Positions 17,911-27,200 of a stretch of DNA of 64,000 bases are shown here, piece after piece. The position numbers and the translations under genes were made by a program. Within the stretch, counting starts at the first letter, position 1; every line of letters starts with the position of its first letter. The notes beneath the pieces were generated by a model that was not told where the DNA came from, did not search any database, and worked only from the letters and a program-made list of their open reading frames with translations. The stretch lies in the IMG/VR virus record IMGVR_UViG_3300047546_001659, positions 1 to 64,000 of that record. One strand, given 5' to 3'. This DNA comes from a virus.

Positions 17911-18664
17911 AGGGTTTATTGGCAGTAATCTTATAAAAAGATTTAAACCTGAAGATCTTATTTTGGTTGGATATGAAGATTGTTTTTCTTCTTTATTTTT
18001 AACTGATTGGTCTAAGGTAACCAAGATATATCATTTAGGTGGCATAAGTGATACTACATGTAGTGATTTAAATTTACTACATGAATACAATGTAAACTTT
18101 ACTATGGAATTATTCAATCGTGCTAAAATACATAATATCCCTATCGTTTATGCTTCTTCAGCTTCTGTATATGGTAATAGCCTTACATATACTCCTAACC
18201 CATTGAACCATTATGCAATATCTAAAGCTAATGTTGATATATGGGTAGAATCTAATTATAAAGATTTTAAAAATATCATCGGTGTTAGATTTTTTAATGT
18301 TTATGGTGATGGTGAAGATCATAAAGGAAATCAAGCTTCACCAATTCATCAATTTACTTTGCAGGCTAAACAAAATAAAAACATAAAAGTTTTTGAAGGG
18401 TCTGATAATTTTATTAGAGATTTTATTTGGGTTGAAGATGCTATTGATTGTATAATTGAAGATAAACATTCTGGCATATATGACGTAGGAACATCAAAAC
18501 CCGTATCATTTAGATTCATAGCTGATTTGATAGCAAAGAAATATAATTGTTCTGTAGAAGAAATAAAATTTCCGGAAAAATTAAGGCACAAGTATCAATT
18601 CTATACATGTGCCCGTAAACATTATAATAAACAATTTATGGATGTTAGAGAATACTTAAAATAA
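17888..18664 (+). CDS. hldD: ADP-L-glycero-D-manno-heptose 6-epimerase-like extended SDR (HldD/GmhD/RfaD)
   Basis: ITGYKGFIGS, YASSASVYG, PLNHYAISK (YxxxK), RFFNVYG..EDHKG..AS, RDFIWVED, KYQFYT match the HldD pattern; ATG at 17888 preferred over TTG at 17885. Confidence 0.85.
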   Translation: MILITGYKGFIGSNLIKRFKPEDLILVGYEDCFSSLFLTDWSKVTKIYHLGGISDTTCSDLNLLHEYNVNFTMELFNRAKIHNIPIVYASSASVYGNSLTYTPNPLNHYAISKANVDIWVESNYKDFKNIIGVRFFNVYGDGEDHKGNQASPIHQFTLQAKQNKNIKVFEGSDNFIRDFIWVEDAIDCIIEDKHSGIYDVGTSKPVSFRFIADLIAKKYNCSVEEIKFPEKLRHKYQFYTCARKHYNKQFMDVREYLK

Positions 18665-18665
18665 A

Positions 18666-19376
18666 TTATCTTTCATCACCAATATTTTCTTCTTTTAAAC
18701 TTACATTCTTTTTACGATTAACAATTGTTGTACCTTCAAATTTATCATAAGCAAATAATCCGGCTTGTGATATATTAAATATATCTGCTCTAAGAACAAC
18801 ATCAAGGGATTCGCATATACCTCTTTGTATAGTATGAGCAACTAAGTTTTTTGCAATCTGCGGATCTATTGCATAGGCATGAGCTCTACAAATAAAATGG
18901 TAATTGTGATTTAAAGTACCGTGCGGAGGTATATTAATTATTGGCATGGTACCTTTTTGTTGTTCTAAGCTTCCTAGATAAACAATAGTGTTATATCCGG
19001 TATGATACAAATAAGGTTTTATCATTACCGCGTCATGTTCTAAGATCACAATTGGCTTATCTAATTCAATACATCTTGTCCATAAAGAAAAATGACTTAG
19101 ATAACAAGCTATCTCAGTGATAGAAAGATGGTGATCAAATACCTTCAGCCATTTTAAATGATTTGAATTTTTTGAATGTTCAGGTATCTTAATAGAGACA
19201 TTATCAGTACCGTCAAAGGCATCCCAAACCTGATAAGGCATTCTTATATTTTCACATGAATGTTGACATCTCAGAGATAATTTCTCAGACTGCATGTGAT
19301 CTTTAATAGTTATGATATAGGCAGATTCTACTCCTATATCATAACTATATTGCAATGATTTTGATAAATCAATCAT
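18666..19376 (-). CDS. GT25-like glycosyltransferase
   Basis: AYIITI, AFDG, EIACYLSHFSLW, IVILEHDA, AHAYAI..QIAKNL: the GT25 (Lex2B/LgtB) pattern. Confidence 0.8.
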   Translation of the reverse strand: MIDLSKSLQYSYDIGVESAYIITIKDHMQSEKLSLRCQHSCENIRMPYQVWDAFDGTDNVSIKIPEHSKNSNHLKWLKVFDHHLSITEIACYLSHFSLWTRCIELDKPIVILEHDAVMIKPYLYHTGYNTIVYLGSLEQQKGTMPIINIPPHGTLNHNYHFICRAHAYAIDPQIAKNLVAHTIQRGICESLDVVLRADIFNISQAGLFAYDKFEGTTIVNRKKNVSLKEENIGDER

Positions 19377-19379
19377 TTA

Positions 19380-21170
19380 TTATCTTTTAAAGACTGTTTT
19401 TTCAGCTCGAGCTTTATCTAATTCATCTCTGAAGAATTTAATTTTTTCAGTCTTCAAATCTTCTTTGCCATATCTTCCTGGTTTATGAACTTGCACAAGC
19501 ATCTTAGTACTTAATATGATATTGCTAAGATGATTCATTCCATATTCTAATTGAGATCTCAAAGCATCGGGTTCAACCTTATCTTTATTTTTTTCAATCA
19601 GATTATGCCAAGCATCTGTATATTCATATTCAACATCCACCAATTCAATATCAACATCATTTAAGAAAGCAAGATAAGAATCGGAACTTCCCGCTAGAAT
19701 TTTTTCATAATTTAATTTCATATCAAACATTCTAATAGTGCTTGGTGTAATAGTTCTTACATGTGATGGGTCATCCCAATAAATTTCACAACGATGATGT
19801 GGAACTTGAATTTCCCATAGTGCACCATTATCAGAGATTCTATACATCTCCTTAATGATATCAGTAAATGATACACCATCATGACCAAGATGCTCAAGAA
19901 TATCTTTAGCAACAATGTGCATATATTCATCATCAGGCCATGGCCATTTTTTAGAATTTAGATCAACAACTTCATCTGGATTGCAAATTTCTGAGTAGTC
20001 AACATTATGGAAATCATCAAACTTTTTAAATCCACAACCAATATTCAATCTTCTTACTTCTTTATCTCTTGAAGGAAGATCAACATGTTCAAGATTAAAC
20101 TTTCTTTCTAGTTCTTTATAAAGAATTTGGAAGGTGTTATTCCATACATCTTTTTGTTCTTGTCTAAAGAGAGTAACACTTTCATAGTAAGGTGTCTTAA
20201 TAGAATAAGGTGCATTCAAAGCCCACGTGTGATAAGGTAACAATGGAGTTATAATCCATGTTTCTTTACCAAGAGCTGCAGAGGCATGAGCTACTGCTGT
20301 GCAACTTGTAATAACTAAATCTAAATTAGAAATAGCAGCAAGTGTATCATCCCAGGTATTGATTTGATCTTTAAGGTCAATAATTTCTTCCGGAAGATTT
20401 ACAAGATTGTTATCACGTTGTAAAGAATATAATTGAATTTCTTTATATTCAGAAAGTTGTGTTAAGAAATTAACTGGAAATCTTCTGAATTGCTGATGTT
20501 CAAATTTAGGATTACCAGCCCATCTAATACCAACTTTATATTTCTTATCCGTCTTAATAATATCTTTCCAGCTTTCTACCATATCAGGTAAAGCAGTCAA
20601 ATAGGGATTACCAGGAAAATCTTCAAATGTATATCCACAAATCCATCCTGCACTAAATCCTGGAATCCAGAAATCATGAGGAACAGTATTTGATTCCATT
20701 CTGGAAATACATTTTTCAACACCGTCAATTCTTGAGATAATAGAAGCAAGCTGAGGATCACAAGCTACATAAACATGATTTGCTTTAAGTTTACGCTTGA
20801 GTGATGTTGCAAATCTTGCATGAATCAATTCATCACCGAGACCACCTTCAAGTGATAGAATAATATTCTTGCCTTCTAAAGAATGTTCATTTGGATTATA
20901 GATTGGTGCTGTAGTTCTTAGTGGAGGACTGCCGTAGACATTAATGAATCTACCATTTTCTAACAATTCACAACCTTCACGATATTTGTTCTGTTGTAAC
21001 AAAAACCATCCACGATTGAAGCTGTGTCGAATCCACATTTCAGGATTTGGTTTGCCTTCAGGATCTAATATACCCTGAGGTCCTAAGCTTTGCAATTCTT
21101 CTGAAATTTTCCAGGCTTCATCAAACTTGCCTTCAAGCATCAATTTAAGTTGTAAATCAATCTTATGCAT
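19380..21170 (-). CDS. TPR-like + GT-B (GT9/FlmG-like) glycosyltransferase fused to a class I SAM methyltransferase
   Basis: Helical N-terminus; EGGLGDEL, KVGIRWAGNP, LYSLQ, DTLAAISNLDLVITSCTAVAHASAALG; C-terminal RLNIGCG...DILEHL...EMYRI...VPH...DPSHVR. Confidence 0.82.
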   Translation of the reverse strand: MHKIDLQLKLMLEGKFDEAWKISEELQSLGPQGILDPEGKPNPEMWIRHSFNRGWFLLQQNKYREGCELLENGRFINVYGSPPLRTTAPIYNPNEHSLEGKNIILSLEGGLGDELIHARFATSLKRKLKANHVYVACDPQLASIISRIDGVEKCISRMESNTVPHDFWIPGFSAGWICGYTFEDFPGNPYLTALPDMVESWKDIIKTDKKYKVGIRWAGNPKFEHQQFRRFPVNFLTQLSEYKEIQLYSLQRDNNLVNLPEEIIDLKDQINTWDDTLAAISNLDLVITSCTAVAHASAALGKETWIITPLLPYHTWALNAPYSIKTPYYESVTLFRQEQKDVWNNTFQILYKELERKFNLEHVDLPSRDKEVRRLNIGCGFKKFDDFHNVDYSEICNPDEVVDLNSKKWPWPDDEYMHIVAKDILEHLGHDGVSFTDIIKEMYRISDNGALWEIQVPHHRCEIYWDDPSHVRTITPSTIRMFDMKLNYEKILAGSSDSYLAFLNDVDIELVDVEYEYTDAWHNLIEKNKDKVEPDALRSQLEYGMNHLSNIILSTKMLVQVHKPGRYGKEDLKTEKIKFFRDELDKARAEKTVFKR

Positions 21171-21195
21171 ATTCTACTCCATAATATATTCATAT

Positions 21196-21224
21196 AATAT
21201 ATGATAAATTTGTATAAAAATCAA
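21196..21224 (-). promoter_or_regulatory. Sigma70-like promoter for the GT/methyltransferase and GT25 pair
   Basis: Minus strand: TTGATT (21224-19), 17-nt spacer, TATATT (21201-196); GGAGT SD at 21180-76. Confidence 0.5.
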
Positions 21225-21232
21225 GGAAAAAA

Positions 21233-24200
21233 TTATCTGGAACTTACAAATACTGTTGCTGAATCTCTCGTTGAGCTAGCAAATATTGACACCCACTTAT
21301 TAGAAGTTCCAATTTGAACAGGTGTTGTTTTCCATGCAGCTGTTGCATTGTCACCTGCTAAACCATATGAATTCTTACCCCATGACCAAAGTGTACCATC
21401 AGCTTTAATACCAATTATTGTGTAACTAACGTCAGCTGCAACTGTTGAACCAATAGCATAAACTTGTTTCCACTTAGCCGATGAACCAATAATTGTAGGT
21501 GAAGATTGTACTGTATTAGTTAAAATAGGAGGTCTGAAACCACCTATTCTTCCCCAACCCATTAATAAACCATCATAATTGATACCGAAAATTGATCCTT
21601 CACTCGCTGTAATATATTTATAGTGTTGCATATAATAGTCTTCAGTGTTTTTATATCCTGACTGAATTGAAACAGGAGATCCCTTACCAAATACGTTACC
21701 CCACCAATAAACATAATCATCAGCACCTATAGCAACACCGACACTTTCACCAATAGATGCTGATTTAAATTTTTGAATGCCAGTTCTGGTTACAGTAGGT
21801 TTAGTAATTTGTGTATCTAATCTATCATTTTTACCCCATACACCTGTACTATTATCAGTACCCCACTGTAATAAATTGCCGTACACGTCAACACCAATAT
21901 TTAAATTTTGTATTTGACTAATTGAAGTAAATGGTGCAAGACCGTTTGGTAGTGTCTGAAGAGTGTTGTTGCTATTTGTAATAGCAGCATTCCAGTGATA
22001 CTGTAATCCGTTGACATTATTTGCAAACCCACCATATGCACCCAATTGATTCCATTTAGTTAACCCAAGACTAGTCCAAGAACCTTCCCAACTAGGTAGG
22101 CTTAAATTTGTATCAACAATATTATAATTATAATGTCCTACCAATGCGTCATATGGTACATATACTCCTCCATGCCATCCTGCAACAGCTAATTTATTAT
22201 TCTGTGATGGATCTTTAATAAACACAAAAGGTTGATCATATGTTCCAGAATCTGAATTATTTTCAGTTCCAAAATTATTTGGACCTAGTGGATATGTTTT
22301 AGAAAATTCTAATAATTTTGGCCAAGGTATTGGTGCACCGGCACTTCCTGAGTAATTATAAATGTTGTTTGCATAACCTGCAATGTTTGTACCAATATTT
22401 AATTCTGTTGGTGCTAATTCAGCACTCTGAACTGATGCTCTAGAAGTGGCAGTTTTACCATTCATTCTATCTGCCATATATCCAGTGACAAATGCTTTTC
22501 CTTCACTATCAAAAAGAATAGATGTATGGTTAGCACTACACCACACTGAAACCCATTGTGATGCTAAAGCTGTGCCCGCTATACCGGATATACCTACTAA
22601 AACTGGTGAAGATCTATTAATTGTACTATTATCACCCAATGCTCCTCTACCATTATATCCCCAACCCCAAGCCTGTCCACCAGTATCAATTGCAATATTG
22701 TGATACTGGCCTGCTGACATAAAGGTAAATGAAGTACCCGATTTAACTTGAATTGGTGAAGATTTATTTACTGTAGTACTATCACCAAGTTGTCCCTGAT
22801 CATTCGTACCCCAAGTCCATAGTTTACCAAGAGTATCTAATGCTAACGCCCCGGCAGCTCTTGCCTTTACAAGTACAAAACTTGTTCCCGCCATAAGCTG
22901 AACAGGTGATGATCTAGAAATAGTAGTTGTATCACCTAATCTACCATCACCATTATAACCCCAAGCCCACAACTGACCTAAACTATTTAAAGCAAATGTT
23001 GTAGCACTACCGGTTACAATATCAGTCCAATTATTTGCTGTTCCAATTTGAACAGGTGATGATCTGTTAGTTAATGCACCAAGAGTTTGGGCTAATTCAC
23101 CATTACCATTATATCCCCAACCCCATATAGTACCATCAGTTCTAATTCCCACTTTATGAATATTATGACCGGCAAATTTACTCCATTTACCAGGCAATTT
23201 TCTAAAATATGAAAATGTAGGACGAGATAACTGAGTTGCTGCTATAACATCAAGATCCACGTTAAAAGATAAAGACTCACCATAACCATCATATCCCTTA
23301 AACCACAAATCATCATTATTATCAACAACAAATATACTTTCGTAGTTAATTACAGTTCTTGATGATATCTGCTTAACTGACAAATCTTGACTATAAAGTA
23401 CATCAAATCCATTTATATCGTTACAATATGTCCATGTATCCCAATTTGATGTATAACGACCATGTCCTAAACCTTTGAATCCTAAGAAACCACCTGAGGG
23501 ATGATTATATCCTGAAGCTATGACTCTACCATCAACAGTTAGACCAAAGAAATTAGTATCATTGCCAGCAATAGCAGTAAAACTTGAACCAGCAAAAATT
23601 TGAACTGGTGAATAATACACACTATATGGTCCATATTTGGGTTTTATTTCACCACCACTATTTGCTCCCCACCCCCATACTGTACCATCTGATCTTAGTG
23701 CAGCCACAGCACTATGTTTAGTCGCAATAGCAGTATAACTATAAAAATTTAAAGGAACATAATCAAATAAGAAATTATAGATAGTTACGGTGTTGTTATT
23801 TTGCCAAGCAAATCTACCCGAGCCTGAAGATCCTATTAATTTAAGAACACCAGGTTGATCAGATCTTACCAGTCCCTGAACTGATAATAATGCAACACTG
23901 CTCACAGCATACACTTGTGTCAATGATGATCTTCTACCTAAAGAACCCGTTGGATCTGTACTCCAATCATCACCAAGTGGTTGTGAAGTTGTATTTTCAC
24001 CTGTTGCCCAAACAGTTCCGTCACTACGAAGAGCCCAATATTGTCTACCAGAATAACTATGTGCAACTTGTGTATAAGACGAAGAAGAAATAAGAACAGG
24101 GGATGATCTTTGTAATGTAGTACCATCACCAACTGATCCTTGGCTGTTTTCACCCCAGGCCCATAATCTACCGTTGATATCAATAGCTGTAGCAGTAGAT

Positions 24201-25903
24201 ATACCCGCTTTAACAATAGTAAATGAAGATCCACCAGCAATTTGAATTGGTGAAGATTTGTTTATAGTAGTGTTATCACCAAGTTGACCAACGTGGTTTC
24301 TTCCCCAGGCGTATAATTTACCTACTGTATCAATTGCATAACTTGAATCAAAGGATACACCAACATAAACAAAACTTGTACCTGCTAAGACTTGTACTGG
24401 TGAAGACTTATTAATAGTAGTATTATCGCCTACTTGACCATATGCATTATACCCAAATCCCCACAGTTTATAAGTAGAATCAATGGCCATAGTATGAGAT
24501 GGACCGGTTGCAACAAAATTAAAACTAGTACCTGATTTAACTTGAATTGGTGAAGATTTATTTACAGTTGTACTATCACCAAGTTGTCCTAGGTTATTAG
24601 AACCCCATATGAATAGTTTACCATCTGTTCGAATAGCTGCTGCAATTTTTTCAACATAATTTCCAATAGAAACAAAATTCCAAGATCCTCCGACCTGTGT
24701 AGGAGAAGATCGATCAATGGTTGTACTCTGACCCAATTGACCTTTATCACTTCCTCCCCACATCCATAATGTATAATCATCTTTGATTGCAGCACAATAA
24801 TAATCATCGGTTGCTATAGCTCTGTAGAATTTTGCAGTACCAGAAACATTGTATCCGATCTGCATAGGGCTTTTATAAGATGCAGATCCATATGGGGTTG
24901 TTCCATATCCTGACCCCCAGACCCACAATCCGTTGTTTGCAGAATCAATAGCAACCGTATGCCCGCCACCAAGATTTGAGGCTAATACAGCTGTCCAGCT
25001 TCCTGCAACCTGTGTAGGAGCATTTCTTAATATGGTTGTACCATCACCAAGAGCATATGTACCATTATATCCCCAACCCCATAATGTTCCATTTGTTCTA
25101 AGTGCAACAACATGTGAAGCCCCTGCATGAACAAAATTATATGAAGCACCTACGTTAATGGCAGTTTCTGTAAGAGCTCCTGAACCAGTACCACCATTAC
25201 CAATCATGCCAATAGAGTTGTTTCCTAAAGCATAAAGTTGATAATTGCTGTCAATGTAATGGATCGTTCTATAGCTGGGCGCATACCAAATATAATTAGT
25301 TGTTGCGTAGATATATGATTTATTTGTAACCTGAACAGGTGAAGATCTATTTGTACCTGAATTATCACCAAGTTGATTGTTGTTATTTAAACCCCAGGCC
25401 CAAAGTGTACTATCTGATCTGATTGCAGATGCAGCAGAACCAGATGCATTAATAGAGTTCCATGATCCTGGAACTTGCACTGGTGATGATCTATTGATAG
25501 TGGTAATATCACCCAATTGACCAACAGTATTTAATCCCCAAGTATAAATTTTACTATTATAATCTAAGGCAACAAAGAAGTTATTACCGGCAACAAGATC
25601 TTTAAATTTTGAGGCACTGATCTGAACTGGTGAAGACCTATCAATGGTTGTATTATCACCCACTTGCCCACTTGAATTTCTTCCCCAACCCCATAATGTA
25701 CCGTCAGTCTTGATTGCGGCAGCTGCTTCACCACCATTGACAACTTTTTTCCAAGTACCAGAAATTAAAACAGGACTTGATCTAGTTGCAACACTATAGG
25801 TTCCATCCCAGATTTGATAGAAGGCAGAAGCACCCCAACCATATACGTTGGAGTAACCTACAGTTGAAGAACCATCACCAGCAAGTAAAAAATTATTAAA
25901 CAT
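21233..25903 (-). CDS. Large RCC1/BLIP-II repeat beta-propeller protein, putative receptor-binding cap
   Basis: Many repeats of [L/V]W[GAT]WG.N..GQLGD.TTI[N/D][R/K]SSP[V/I]Q across 1556 aa. Confidence 0.88.
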   Translation of the reverse strand: MFNNFLLAGDGSSTVGYSNVYGWGASAFYQIWDGTYSVATRSSPVLISGTWKKVVNGGEAAAAIKTDGTLWGWGRNSSGQVGDNTTIDRSSPVQISASKFKDLVAGNNFFVALDYNSKIYTWGLNTVGQLGDITTINRSSPVQVPGSWNSINASGSAASAIRSDSTLWAWGLNNNNQLGDNSGTNRSSPVQVTNKSYIYATTNYIWYAPSYRTIHYIDSNYQLYALGNNSIGMIGNGGTGSGALTETAINVGASYNFVHAGASHVVALRTNGTLWGWGYNGTYALGDGTTILRNAPTQVAGSWTAVLASNLGGGHTVAIDSANNGLWVWGSGYGTTPYGSASYKSPMQIGYNVSGTAKFYRAIATDDYYCAAIKDDYTLWMWGGSDKGQLGQSTTIDRSSPTQVGGSWNFVSIGNYVEKIAAAIRTDGKLFIWGSNNLGQLGDSTTVNKSSPIQVKSGTSFNFVATGPSHTMAIDSTYKLWGFGYNAYGQVGDNTTINKSSPVQVLAGTSFVYVGVSFDSSYAIDTVGKLYAWGRNHVGQLGDNTTINKSSPIQIAGGSSFTIVKAGISTATAIDINGRLWAWGENSQGSVGDGTTLQRSSPVLISSSSYTQVAHSYSGRQYWALRSDGTVWATGENTTSQPLGDDWSTDPTGSLGRRSSLTQVYAVSSVALLSVQGLVRSDQPGVLKLIGSSGSGRFAWQNNNTVTIYNFLFDYVPLNFYSYTAIATKHSAVAALRSDGTVWGWGANSGGEIKPKYGPYSVYYSPVQIFAGSSFTAIAGNDTNFFGLTVDGRVIASGYNHPSGGFLGFKGLGHGRYTSNWDTWTYCNDINGFDVLYSQDLSVKQISSRTVINYESIFVVDNNDDLWFKGYDGYGESLSFNVDLDVIAATQLSRPTFSYFRKLPGKWSKFAGHNIHKVGIRTDGTIWGWGYNGNGELAQTLGALTNRSSPVQIGTANNWTDIVTGSATTFALNSLGQLWAWGYNGDGRLGDTTTISRSSPVQLMAGTSFVLVKARAAGALALDTLGKLWTWGTNDQGQLGDSTTVNKSSPIQVKSGTSFTFMSAGQYHNIAIDTGGQAWGWGYNGRGALGDNSTINRSSPVLVGISGIAGTALASQWVSVWCSANHTSILFDSEGKAFVTGYMADRMNGKTATSRASVQSAELAPTELNIGTNIAGYANNIYNYSGSAGAPIPWPKLLEFSKTYPLGPNNFGTENNSDSGTYDQPFVFIKDPSQNNKLAVAGWHGGVYVPYDALVGHYNYNIVDTNLSLPSWEGSWTSLGLTKWNQLGAYGGFANNVNGLQYHWNAAITNSNNTLQTLPNGLAPFTSISQIQNLNIGVDVYGNLLQWGTDNSTGVWGKNDRLDTQITKPTVTRTGIQKFKSASIGESVGVAIGADDYVYWWGNVFGKGSPVSIQSGYKNTEDYYMQHYKYITASEGSIFGINYDGLLMGWGRIGGFRPPILTNTVQSSPTIIGSSAKWKQVYAIGSTVAADVSYTIIGIKADGTLWSWGKNSYGLAGDNATAAWKTTPVQIGTSNKWVSIFASSTRDSATVFVSSR
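22740..24589. repeat. Near-identical 56-bp direct repeat inside the RCC1 gene
   Basis: 22740-22795 and 24534-24589 match at 54/56 positions by manual alignment; both lie within GQLGDSTTVNKSSPIQVKSGTSF. Confidence 0.85.
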
Positions 25904-25904
25904 A

Positions 25905-26393
25905 TTATTCCGGTTTACTAGGCCATACTACTTGAGATATATTAGTCAATTCTGTATTTTGATAGGATGCAGGTAGATCTCTTAATTGTTGTCTATAATT
26001 TTCCCAAGCTGAATTAAATTCAGGAGAATTTACTTTTATAACATCAGCTAACTGCGTCCAATCAGATTCTAAAAGTAATCTATTTCTTGCATCCCTTACT
26101 TCTTTTAGAATTATAGATTTCAACTGTTCTAAAGTATAAATGTCAGTAACATTTGCTTTATTGATAATTTGTTTTACTTTATTATCTTCAAAAACATAAG
26201 AAACACCAGTAATAGTTTCTAAAGTGTGATCAATAGTTATTTCTGAAGATTGTACTTCATACCAACCTAGGTTGTTTAATTCTTCTGTGTTGTTTTCTAA
26301 TAAATCCAATCCACTAATGTTCCTCCAAGATTTAGGAAGATCATCATGTAGTTCTACAACATTATTGTTTTCAACATAAGCAAATCTGGACAT
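25905..26393 (-). CDS. Phage tail fibre assembly chaperone-domain protein
   Basis: VRDARNRLLLESDWTQLAD...WENYRQQLRDLP...WPSKP motif; start probably MSRF at 26393. Confidence 0.82.
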   Translation of the reverse strand: MSRFAYVENNNVVELHDDLPKSWRNISGLDLLENNTEELNNLGWYEVQSSEITIDHTLETITGVSYVFEDNKVKQIINKANVTDIYTLEQLKSIILKEVRDARNRLLLESDWTQLADVIKVNSPEFNSAWENYRQQLRDLPASYQNTELTNISQVVWPSKPE

Positions 26394-26397
26394 TTTA

Positions 26398-26946
26398 TTA
26401 CCTACTATCAATCATTGATGCTATACCTCTCCAAGTTGTACCTCCATCATCAGTAACAAATGCAAGTATATCTACACCAGTTGAAAGTACAGGAGCAACA
26501 GCACTAGGCCATTTAACTGAAGCTGGCCATGTTATAGTATAACTTCCCGCTGCTGTTAATTCTAATATAAATGAATAAACTCTTGAAGAAGGTGGAGCGT
26601 TGGTAAAAGTAAATGCTGTGGTTGTTGAAATTGTCTTAGTAAAATAATTTGACAAAGCACAATTAACATTGTTTGTAGAAACTACAGAATATACCTGTGA
26701 AAAGTTACCAGTTAAATCTAAATTTGAAGTTGGTATAGCACTTGATGTACCAATACTAAGTGCTGTTATATTAACGTTAGACATAACAGCATTATTGGCT
26801 GGAGCCATAGGAAATCCTCCAACCTTGGCTCCATCATGAACCACTACAACATCTTTGGTAGTATCAATAGTTATTTCACCGACTGCTCCGGTAAAAGTGC
26901 TATGATCAGCTGTTGTTCCGCGTCTAAATTGTACTTGAGTTGCCAT
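26398..26946 (-). CDS. Fibre adaptor: Mtd-type N-terminal domain plus C-terminal beta domain
   Basis: VQFRRGTT...FTGAVGEITIDTTK..VVVHDG...GG (major tropism determinant N-terminal-like); C-terminal WPASVKWP..APVLSTGVDILAFVTDDGGTTWRG. Confidence 0.78.
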   Translation of the reverse strand: MATQVQFRRGTTADHSTFTGAVGEITIDTTKDVVVVHDGAKVGGFPMAPANNAVMSNVNITALSIGTSSAIPTSNLDLTGNFSQVYSVVSTNNVNCALSNYFTKTISTTTAFTFTNAPPSSRVYSFILELTAAGSYTITWPASVKWPSAVAPVLSTGVDILAFVTDDGGTTWRGIASMIDSR

Positions 26947-26967
26947 ATTTTTTACCTAATTTTATAA

Positions 26968-26975
26968 TATTTATG
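26968..26975 (-). promoter_or_regulatory. Late promoter variant CATAAATA
   Basis: TATTTATG overlapping the stop codon of 26971..27165, upstream of 26946. Confidence 0.45.
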
Positions 26976-27165
26976 TGAGAGATCCATAATCATAACTGGA
27001 GGTAACTGTACTAGTAGCACCAGTGATGGTCCCATAATCAACCTGCATAACGCCTGTAAAAGCATTATAGGTGATATTCCAGGAAGTTCCATCCCACGTC
27101 CAAGCCGTTAAGCCATTGGTGAATGTATCATTAACAGCTGGGCTATCTGGAAAATTAATGGCCAT
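26971..27165 (-). CDS. Minimal 'MAINFP' module protein
   Basis: 64 aa; N-terminus MAINFPDSP...WTWDGTSW shared with three other ORFs; C-terminal DYG..DYG repeats; AAGGA SD. Confidence 0.7.
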   Translation of the reverse strand: MAINFPDSPAVNDTFTNGLTAWTWDGTSWNITYNAFTGVMQVDYGTITGATSTVTSSYDYGSLT

Positions 27166-27183
27166 GATAAATTCCTTTTTTAA

Positions 27184-27191
27184 TATTTATA
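27184..27191 (-). promoter_or_regulatory. T4-type late promoter TATAAATA
   Basis: TATTTATA on the plus strand, intergenic, upstream of 27165. Confidence 0.65.
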
Positions 27192-27200
27192 TTTCAATTT

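Noticed and set aside
22740-24589. 56-bp near-identical repeat as a DGR template/variable pair or att sites
   Set aside because: Both copies are in-frame RCC1 repeat units with only two synonymous differences; no integrase or RT is nearby.
26398-26946. Mtd-type N-terminal domain suggesting a diversity-generating retroelement
   Set aside because: No reverse transcriptase, no C-type-lectin variable domain and no adenine-specific TR/VR pair were seen in the window; this N-domain is a general fibre attachment module.
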